Source of the DNA: an uncultured Candidatus Sumerlaeota bacterium
GTDB lineage: Bacteria > CAYMEV01
Reading direction: 5' to 3'
Assembly: GCA_964389675.1 (NCBI GenBank)
Contig: CAYMEV010000020.1
Location: 58,768 to 78,767 of the forward strand
DNA: 20,000 bases
In this document: positions 8,405 through 15,771 of the stretch, piece by piece
Layout of the letters: each line of letters starts with the position of its first letter
Position numbering within the stretch: the stretch's first letter is position 1
Made by a program: the position numbers and the translations under genes
The notes under the pieces: model-generated
What the model was told of the DNA's origin: nothing
The model's database searches: none
Seen by the model: only the letters and a program-made list of their open reading frames with translations

Positions 8405-9321
8405 GATATATCCTTCTTAAAATTCCTAATAAAATGCTTCCAGTGCCTGATGTCAAATACAGCGTCCTTTTTGCAGGCAGGCATTACAGTATTCTGCTTG
8501 CTGAAAGCGAATACGCTGATGACCGGATGAGGAAAATAAGCATTGGCCATGCATTTGCTGATTCGATTGATGATACTACCGGAAAAGCGGAAGAGCTCAT
8601 GCTTAAAAGCAGGGGAAAGAATGCCTGCAGGCTGCTGAACCTGCTTTTTGTACTGGCATTCTTTTCAATACTGCTTTTCATGCTTATAAATATCAACAAA
8701 GACAGGAAGCAGTTCCTGGATGAAATCTATCTTGCATACCTTAAGAATATGATGATCGAGAGCAGCCCTGCAGATAATGAAGCATATGATGCTCAGGATT
8801 CAGCCATTACGGTCTATGCGGACGATTACGTCTATAATGCCTATTATACAGGAGTAAACGATATATTTATAGCACCGTATATACATGGCGCATCCATTCC
8901 TGAAGAATTTGATGTGCTGGACAGCTACAGGAATATTGTCCTCTTTATCTCGGTTAAGGATAAGCCAGAGAAAATAGCGAGTCTTTTTGAGAATCAGGTA
9001 GATATGGATATTGGGCAGGAGGTTCTGATAATAAGCCATCCCTATGGCCTTATGGATACCAAAACATCGGCAGTAATTAACGCAAATAATTATGACAGGT
9101 ATGGCCATCTCTATTATATGGCAAATATACCTTTAACTGAGGATCTTATGGGTGCACTGGTGATTGACAGGAATAACAGGGCTTGCGGCATTCTTCTGCC
9201 TGTATACAGGGATTTTTTTTCCTGGAAATACAGAATAGGAATAATACCTGTCAGCTTCCTAAAAATAATCTTTGATGAGTGGATCTCAAAAAGGGAGGAA
9301 AATGGATACAAACCTGTATAA
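8401..9321 (+). CDS. Membrane-anchored trypsin/HtrA-fold pseudoprotease 1 (catalytic Ser replaced by Met)
   Basis: Single TM (LLNLLFVLAFFSILLFMLI). IGQEVLIISHPYGL...SAVIN...YMANIPLTEDLMGALVIDRNNRACGI aligns with the HtrA pattern GxxVxAIGNPxG...SGIIS...IQTDAxINxGNSGGPLxxxxGxVIGI but lacks GxSGG. ATGA overlap with selA. Confidence 0.7.
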   Translation: MRYILLKIPNKMLPVPDVKYSVLFAGRHYSILLAESEYADDRMRKISIGHAFADSIDDTTGKAEELMLKSRGKNACRLLNLLFVLAFFSILLFMLININKDRKQFLDEIYLAYLKNMMIESSPADNEAYDAQDSAITVYADDYVYNAYYTGVNDIFIAPYIHGASIPEEFDVLDSYRNIVLFISVKDKPEKIASLFENQVDMDIGQEVLIISHPYGLMDTKTSAVINANNYDRYGHLYYMANIPLTEDLMGALVIDRNNRACGILLPVYRDFFSWKYRIGIIPVSFLKIIFDEWISKREENGYKPV

Positions 9322-10453
9322 TGCAAGATTTGCAGGCATAAGAAGACGAAACCAGTTCATAAGGTATTCATACCTGGCTTTATTCGGCCTGATATTCATA
9401 TTTGTCTTCTACATTTTGTTCTGCCATATAAGCGCTCATTTCAATTACAAAAGAGAATTAACCAGCAAATTTTATAAAAACAGCAGGGCGCAAAAGCCAG
9501 AAGACTCAAAACTCACTCATTTCTCCAATATAGCCTCCATAAAGAAAAGCATTTATGACCTGTATATCGGAAATGAAAAAAAGCCTGCAGGGCTCGGCAT
9601 ATCACTTCTGCCCGATATGATTCTGTCTGTAATAAATTATCCTGACATATATATATTGAGTGATAATGAATATTACAGGCTTGATAAGGTTGGTGAGAAC
9701 CAGCTTATCGCGATCTATGAGAGCAGTATAGAGCTTGCCCCCATTTCGCCGTCAATGCTCGGGGACTTTTCCGATTTTGATATTACAGAAGAAGCGGTCA
9801 TGTTTACCAGGGTAAATGGCAGATTTACCTTCAGTACAGGAATAATATCAAGCAAGCATTCAATAATAGACAAAAATATGCTTATTGAAACCGATATAAG
9901 GTTCGATAATACCCCAAAGGGGAGCCTTCTTCTCTCAGATGATGGTAATATTCTGGGGTTTGGCATTCTCGATATAGATGGAAGCATTAATCTGTTCGTA
10001 TCGGCAAATGAGATGTTTTCAATACAAAATAACAAGCTTCAGAGATTCTTATCAGGGACGCCATTACAGCTGGAAACATGGAATAAATGCCAAAAAGCAG
10101 ATATTTCCATTATCCAGCAGAAACCCGGCACAAGCCCCCTGACAGGCATGAAAATAAACAGCTTCTACCTTCCCCAAAATGGAAAAGCAGTCTTTTATCT
10201 ATCATTTATGATGAAGGATGAGCTTTACGAAGAGCCTTTTGATGCAAGAATAGTAATAGAAACACTGAAAGGGGGAAAGTATATCAAGGATATAAGTTTT
10301 AACAGGGATATGTACATGGAAATATATCCGCCAAACACAGTCGCTGAAGCAATGAGGATTGAGATCGATATCGATGAAAGCGGGCCTGCAGTATGGTATT
10401 TTGCTTTTGATGACTTCAAGACAATGTGCCAGAGGATTTTTTTGATAAAATGA
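9302..10453 (+). CDS. Membrane-anchored trypsin/HtrA-fold pseudoprotease 2 (catalytic Ser replaced by Lys) with C-terminal beta-rich domain
   Basis: Start moved from 9272 to the ATG at 9302, which follows AAGGGAGG. TM YLALFGLIFIFVFYILF. FSTGIISS...IETDIRFDNTPKGSLLLSDDGNILGF matches the protease C-terminal barrel without GxSGG. Confidence 0.7.
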   Translation: MDTNLYNARFAGIRRRNQFIRYSYLALFGLIFIFVFYILFCHISAHFNYKRELTSKFYKNSRAQKPEDSKLTHFSNIASIKKSIYDLYIGNEKKPAGLGISLLPDMILSVINYPDIYILSDNEYYRLDKVGENQLIAIYESSIELAPISPSMLGDFSDFDITEEAVMFTRVNGRFTFSTGIISSKHSIIDKNMLIETDIRFDNTPKGSLLLSDDGNILGFGILDIDGSINLFVSANEMFSIQNNKLQRFLSGTPLQLETWNKCQKADISIIQQKPGTSPLTGMKINSFYLPQNGKAVFYLSFMMKDELYEEPFDARIVIETLKGGKYIKDISFNRDMYMEIYPPNTVAEAMRIEIDIDESGPAVWYFAFDDFKTMCQRIFLIK

Positions 10454-11790
10454 CCTATAATCTTGTAATAGTATCATCTGAAGGCATGACAGCTGTCCAG
10501 TCCTATAGAATGCTAAAGGAGTATTTTCCATTTGCACCTAATCCAAAAGAATACCCATATCTTATGTATGTCAATGTATCCCAGGAAAAGATAAGCAGAA
10601 TAATTCCACTTCTGGAGGAAAATCTCATCTACTACAGGATTGAGGAATTTGACTTCAGGAAATTTACAGAACTGCCAAAACCAAGTACCATTGGATTATT
10701 TGAGATATTTATTATTATTTTCCTTATAATGGCAGCATTCATGCTTTATAAATACCATTCCAGCACTGCTGCAGGTTATGAAAACATCAAAAGCATAAAT
10801 ACCGTTGAGGAAGAACAGGTTAAAGCTGGGCCAGAGCTAAAAGAGCTTTTCAGGTCTGCATTCAGCCTTTTTTCATACAACATGGATGGCTCAGTTACAT
10901 CCGGGACAGGGTTCTTTATTTCTGAAGACGGACTGGCACTGACAGCCTGCCATGTAATAGAAAATTCTGCAAGCCTTGAAATTCAATCCGAATACTATAA
11001 TACAAAAAGGATTGAAATACTGCATAGGGACAGATATTTTGATATAGCTGTCCTTAAGACTGACCAGAAAGTTGTAAGGCCTATAGAGCTTGCATCCATA
11101 AAAAATGCAAGTCAAAAGGACACAGTATATTCTTTTGGCAATCCCTACGGTATATCATTAATGGTATCAAGAGGAATAATATCAAATTTAAGAAATGTTT
11201 TCGGAGGAATACTGTATATTCAAACAGATGCGAGGATTAAGCAGGGCAGTTCCGGAGGCCCCCTGCTGCTTCCAGATGGCAGATGTATCGGGATTAATAC
11301 ATTCTTAATCTACAAGGATGCGGATCTGGGGCTTGGTTTCTGTATTCCAGTGGGTTACCTCGGTTTCATATCTGAAGATCTCCTGCCGGATGATCTTAAA
11401 GGAGATTACTATTCTTACAAAGAAATTCTTGAAAGGTTTGTTGCTGATGAGAGCAAAAAGATCAAGGAGCGGTCCGATTCTATAAATGATGTTACTCAGA
11501 TCAGGCTGTCTGTAAGAAATAACAGGCAGGGGCTGGTTTTCTTTGAGATTTCATTCTATAATATTGACGGTATAAGGGAGTATTCTGGTGAGCTGAATCT
11601 TGAAGTTTCATCAGGGGGTTTCTATTATGATGAAAAGCGCAATATAGAGAAAAAAGACTATGCGGAAGGCATCTTAAGGCTTGAATATTCTAACCATCAC
11701 CCGATGTTCGAGATGAAATACCTTGATATCCTGATAAGCACCCGGAGTTTTAAGAAGAGGTACAGGGTCGATGAGAAATACTATAACTAA
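10450..11790 (+). CDS. Membrane-anchored trypsin-like serine protease (S1C/Trypsin_2), intact triad, no PDZ domain
   Basis: Likely start at ATG 10450 (ATGA overlap with the previous stop); the ORF track start at 10426 is also possible. TM IFIIIFLIMAAFMLY. SGTGFFISEDGLALTACH (His 10951-10953), DRYFDIAVLK (Asp 11041-11043), FGNPYG, IQTDARIKQGSSGGPL (Ser 11251-11253). Confidence 0.9.
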   Translation: MTYNLVIVSSEGMTAVQSYRMLKEYFPFAPNPKEYPYLMYVNVSQEKISRIIPLLEENLIYYRIEEFDFRKFTELPKPSTIGLFEIFIIIFLIMAAFMLYKYHSSTAAGYENIKSINTVEEEQVKAGPELKELFRSAFSLFSYNMDGSVTSGTGFFISEDGLALTACHVIENSASLEIQSEYYNTKRIEILHRDRYFDIAVLKTDQKVVRPIELASIKNASQKDTVYSFGNPYGISLMVSRGIISNLRNVFGGILYIQTDARIKQGSSGGPLLLPDGRCIGINTFLIYKDADLGLGFCIPVGYLGFISEDLLPDDLKGDYYSYKEILERFVADESKKIKERSDSINDVTQIRLSVRNNRQGLVFFEISFYNIDGIREYSGELNLEVSSGGFYYDEKRNIEKKDYAEGILRLEYSNHHPMFEMKYLDILISTRSFKKRYRVDEKYYN

Positions 11791-11845
11791 TACCCGGTAC
11801 CATTACCTGGCCTGTATAGCAGAAATGCAGGCTATAGCTTAAAAA

Positions 11846-14800
11846 ATGATGAATCTTATTCCAGATTATATTTCACTGATGCATCAAAATAAGAGGTATG
11901 CAGGACAATTTGAAGCTGCAGCTGTCTTTGTGGATATATCTGGATTCACCAGTTTGACTGAAGCATTATCAGAATATGGAAGAGAAGGTTCAGAAGTGCT
12001 TTCAAGGCTGATAAACGAGGTTTTTACCCCCTGCATAAATTCAGTCTATAATATGGGAGGGTTTATTTCCCATTTTGCAGGAGACAGCTTCCTGGCCATA
12101 TTTAAGGGCAATTTACATGCCGCATTGATTTCATCACAGCAGATAATCAAGCTTTTTAGCAGGAAAGGCATTAAAAGGACAAAGTTTGGTACCTTCAGAA
12201 TATCAGCAAAAATTGGAGTTTCCTACGGCAATGTGGAGTGGGGTATTATTGGAAATGACCATAAAAAGACCTATTATTTCAAGGGTGAGGCAGTTAATGG
12301 CTGTTCACGGTCTGAAAAGCAGTGCAGGCTTCTTGATATCGTTCTTGACAGAAGAGCATATAAGATTATCAAACCCCAGGTAAAGGCCAGATGGATTGCA
12401 AAAGGATTCTACAGAATAATGGATATAAACTGCAGAAAAATCAAATCAGAACCTGAAACGCCAGTGCCTGACCTGGATCTGTCAGCATTCTATTCCTGTA
12501 ATAAGCTTTCAAAAAGCAGGGTTCTTGATGAACTTCGTGAAACTGCAAGCATTTTTATATCTTTCAGGGAAGCGGATTCCTCTCATAAAGGCCTGAATGA
12601 ATTTGTATCCAATATAATTGCTATTACCGATAAATTCGGAGGATATTTTAACAGGGTCTCATTCGGGGATAAAGGGGGTACAATCCTTATAAATTTCGGT
12701 ATTCCGGTTTTATTTGAAAAGAGTATTCAAAGAGCAGCTGACTGTATTTATGAGATATGGTCATATTATGGAGGCATTATAAGGGCGGGAATTACTTTCG
12801 GTACTCTCTTTTCGGGGTTTATAGGCTGCAGCAGGATGTCAGCCTATGATGTCCTGGGCAATTCTGTCAATCTGTCTGCCAGGATGGCAATGGCAGCACC
12901 ATGGGGTGAAATCTGGGTTTCAGAAGATGTCAGCAGCTTGGTTCAAGGCTATTTAAGGCTGGTATTAGTAGGTTCAATCCTGTTCAAAGGCCGATCAGAG
13001 AGAGATAATGTATACAGGATTGAAGGTAAAAGAAAGAGTCCGGAGAATATATATACGGGCAGAATATTTGGCAGAAAATCAGAGATAAAACAGATTAAAA
13101 TGTTCCTGAAGCCGATATTCAGTAATAGATTCGCTGGAGTTGCCTGTATATATGGTGACCCTGGAATTGGTAAATCAAGGCTCCTGTATGAGATTAAAAG
13201 CAATTATGAGCCCATTGCCCATACCTGTATCCTTGCCTGTGACAGCATACTCAGAAAGCCATGGAACCCATTGATCTCATATTTAAGGGGATATTTTGAG
13301 CAGGATCCGGCTGTTGATGTTTCTCTTAGGGAGTACAGTTTCAGGGGAAAATATAAAGACCTGACCGGCAGGCTTATGAGATCAGGTAATGCAGCAGCAT
13401 CAAACATAAAAAAAGAGCTGGAGAGGACTGAACCTTTTATAAGAGCTCTCCTTTCCCTTGACCCCAAAGATACTGTTTATAATCAGCTAAGAGCAAAGCA
13501 GAAACACCAGAACACATTGTGCTCACTTAAGGAGTTTTTTAAGGCTCAGAGCATTTTAATGCCGACGATACTTCTCTTTGAGGATATTCACTGGATAGAC
13601 CATGAATCAAATAATTTTATCAGATATCTTACATCAAATCTTGCAGATTTTCCAATAGCAATAATATGTTCCAGCAGGTTCAATGATGATGGTTCAAAAC
13701 CTGCAGTACACTCTGATGAAGCAGCAAGGCATAAGGAAATTGTCCTGGCAAGAGTTGATGACAGCTCAGCAGAAAGTATCATGGCTGAAAGCCTTGGATA
13801 TGCTGCTGATACGGCATTATCAGGAATAATAAAAGATAAGACAGCCAACAACCCCTTTTTTATGGAGCAGTTCTGCCTTTATCTGCAGGAGAACGGACTG
13901 ATATTCCTTAAGGGGAACAAGTATTATTCCAGAGAGGGTTCAATGGCAATACCATCTCAGGTCAATCAAATCCTAATATCTCGTATTGACAGGCTTCCCG
14001 GAGAATTAAGGGAACTTGTCAAAATTGCATCAATATTTGGAAGAGAGTTTAACAAGGATATCCTCTTCTCCGTGATTAAAATGCTTTATAAATTGCTGAA
14101 ATCTGGAAAAAACAGGGTAAGCCGCAATTTTGACACAGAAGCATTAAGGAATCTAAGCATGGCAGGCTCATCCTGTTTTATCCTCCAGGGGGAAAATGAA
14201 AATATATGGAATATGCTGCATGAATTCAGATATGCCTTCAGGCATTCACTTATGAATGAGACTGCCTATGAACTGCAGCTGAGGGAAAGACTCAGGCTTT
14301 TGCACCAGACAGCCGGTATGGTAATTGAAAGCAGGGCAGTATCATCAGGAAGTGAAGGCAAGGATTATTATTCTGATCTGTCCTACCACTTTGAAAAGGC
14401 CTGTAATATTGAAAAAGCCAGAGAATATATCCAGAAAGCAGGAGAATTTTTTCTTGAAACATATAAGAACAGTCAGGCAGAGGAGATGTTCAAGAAGCTG
14501 TCAGATTATGTTACTGATAAGAAAATGACAGTAAAGATCAAGCACAGGCTTGGAATTATACATCAGCTTCTTGGAAAATGGCCTGAAGCCGAGAAGGAGC
14601 TGGAACAATCCATTGAGATATCACGAAAAGTTGATGATAGGCTCTATCTTGCTAATTCATTCCGGCTTGCAGGGGGCATAAAGCTTGCAAAGGGTGATAT
14701 ACGTAAGGCCCTGGATTACTTTAATTCAGCCATGAATATTTTCAGGGAAAAAGGGGACAGGAGGGGTATGGCGATCATTAATGGTTTTATTGGGAATTAC

Positions 14801-15742
14801 CACCTTCTAAGAGAGGAATACAGCAAAGCCCTTAAGAATTATCAGCAGCAGATGAGATTATTCAGGGAATTGAATGATAAAAGATCTCTTGCCCTTATTA
14901 CAGGTAATATAGGCCTGGTTTTTAAAAACCAGGGGAAATACGACAGGGCTATGAAATACTATATGAAATCAAGGAAAATATCTGAAAACATAGGAGATAA
15001 AGAAGCATATAGAAATGCGGTTGGAAATATTGGAAATCTTTTTTATAAACAGGGCAGGTTTGATAAGGCATTGGAACTGCTTTGCCAGGACAGGGAAATA
15101 TCAAAAGCAATAGGTGATAAAAGTGGCTATGCTGTTGCCATTGGTAACATTGGCAATATATATATGTCGCTCGGAGAATTTGACAGGGCCATTGAACACT
15201 ATCAGGAATCGCTGGAAGTATCTTTAGAGGTAGGGAACAGGAGGGAAGCAGGCCTCTTTTACAAAAGCCTTGCTGAAGCATATTATAACAGGAAAAATTA
15301 TGGTACAGCTATAGAATACTATGATATGTCTTATAAAATCCTTTCCGGCCTGGGAATGAAGCTGACACTCCTTGATATACTGTTTTATAAGACTGAGGCA
15401 CTGATAGCTGGAAATGATATCAAAAACGCAGAAAGAGCAAACAGACTTGCTTTTAAGCTGTGTACTGAGCAAAACGAGATATACTACAGATATTTCATTA
15501 ATATCCAGAAACTGATGCTGATTTCATATAAAAACAAAAAGGCTGCGATAGATGGATTGCTCGAATTGATCCCTTCAGCCGAAACGGAGGAACAAAAAGC
15601 CAAAGCCCTGCTTGAGCTCTACAGGCTGGAAAAGAAAGAGGCATATAAAGCCCGTGCTGTTTCAGCCTATAAGTCTCTCTTCGATAAATACCGTGATTAC
15701 CAGTATAAGGCCATATACGAAGAGCTGCAGAAGAATTATTAG
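11846..15742 (+). CDS. Class III adenylate cyclase (two cyclase domains, sAC/ADCY10-like architecture) fused to a STAND/AAA ATPase and C-terminal TPRs
   Basis: Domain 1 has FVDISGFT and FAGD (metal-binding Asp pair). Domain 2 has GDKG and YDVLGNSVNLSARM (Lys/Asp and Asn/Arg). Walker A GDPGIGKS, Walker B LLFEDIHWID, NNPFFMEQF, RIDRL, ASIFGREF, YAFRHSL. TPR-like repeats with ~40-aa period (GNIG...G.(Y/F)D.A...S..IGDK). Confidence 0.92.
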   Translation: MMNLIPDYISLMHQNKRYAGQFEAAAVFVDISGFTSLTEALSEYGREGSEVLSRLINEVFTPCINSVYNMGGFISHFAGDSFLAIFKGNLHAALISSQQIIKLFSRKGIKRTKFGTFRISAKIGVSYGNVEWGIIGNDHKKTYYFKGEAVNGCSRSEKQCRLLDIVLDRRAYKIIKPQVKARWIAKGFYRIMDINCRKIKSEPETPVPDLDLSAFYSCNKLSKSRVLDELRETASIFISFREADSSHKGLNEFVSNIIAITDKFGGYFNRVSFGDKGGTILINFGIPVLFEKSIQRAADCIYEIWSYYGGIIRAGITFGTLFSGFIGCSRMSAYDVLGNSVNLSARMAMAAPWGEIWVSEDVSSLVQGYLRLVLVGSILFKGRSERDNVYRIEGKRKSPENIYTGRIFGRKSEIKQIKMFLKPIFSNRFAGVACIYGDPGIGKSRLLYEIKSNYEPIAHTCILACDSILRKPWNPLISYLRGYFEQDPAVDVSLREYSFRGKYKDLTGRLMRSGNAAASNIKKELERTEPFIRALLSLDPKDTVYNQLRAKQKHQNTLCSLKEFFKAQSILMPTILLFEDIHWIDHESNNFIRYLTSNLADFPIAIICSSRFNDDGSKPAVHSDEAARHKEIVLARVDDSSAESIMAESLGYAADTALSGIIKDKTANNPFFMEQFCLYLQENGLIFLKGNKYYSREGSMAIPSQVNQILISRIDRLPGELRELVKIASIFGREFNKDILFSVIKMLYKLLKSGKNRVSRNFDTEALRNLSMAGSSCFILQGENENIWNMLHEFRYAFRHSLMNETAYELQLRERLRLLHQTAGMVIESRAVSSGSEGKDYYSDLSYHFEKACNIEKAREYIQKAGEFFLETYKNSQAEEMFKKLSDYVTDKKMTVKIKHRLGIIHQLLGKWPEAEKELEQSIEISRKVDDRLYLANSFRLAGGIKLAKGDIRKALDYFNSAMNIFREKGDRRGMAIINGFIGNYHLLREEYSKALKNYQQQMRLFRELNDKRSLALITGNIGLVFKNQGKYDRAMKYYMKSRKISENIGDKEAYRNAVGNIGNLFYKQGRFDKALELLCQDREISKAIGDKSGYAVAIGNIGNIYMSLGEFDRAIEHYQESLEVSLEVGNRREAGLFYKSLAEAYYNRKNYGTAIEYYDMSYKILSGLGMKLTLLDILFYKTEALIAGNDIKNAERANRLAFKLCTEQNEIYYRYFINIQKLMLISYKNKKAAIDGLLELIPSAETEEQKAKALLELYRLEKKEAYKARAVSAYKSLFDKYRDYQYKAIYEELQKNY
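14540..15400 (+). repeat. Coding TPR repeat array (~40-aa / ~120-nt period) within the cyclase gene
   Basis: Recurring ggNaa(t/c)at(a/t)gg motif at ~14902, ~15022 and ~15143, spaced ~120 nt apart, encoding GNIG. Confidence 0.8.
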
Positions 15743-15771
15743 GTAAGCCAGCTTATCCTGGCATTTTACCT
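15741..15771. terminator. Hairpin filling the gap between convergent stop codons; probable bidirectional terminator
   Basis: AGGTAA-GCCAG-cttatc-CTGGC-att-TTACCT overlaps both stop codons (15742 on +, 15766 on -). No long U tract. Confidence 0.5.

Noticed and set aside
9272-10449. ORF-track starts at 9272 and 10426
   Set aside because: ATG 9302 follows a strong RBS and ATG 10450 forms an ATGA overlap, so both are better starts.
8401-10453. Genes 1 and 2 of the trio as pseudogenes
   Set aside because: Both frames are uninterrupted, keep TM segments and translational coupling, and are highly diverged from gene 3, which argues for long-term retention.
11809-11838. Intrinsic terminator between the protease and the cyclase gene
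   Set aside because: A weak stem (GCCTGTAT...ATGCAGGC) exists but has no U tract, so co-transcription remains unresolved.
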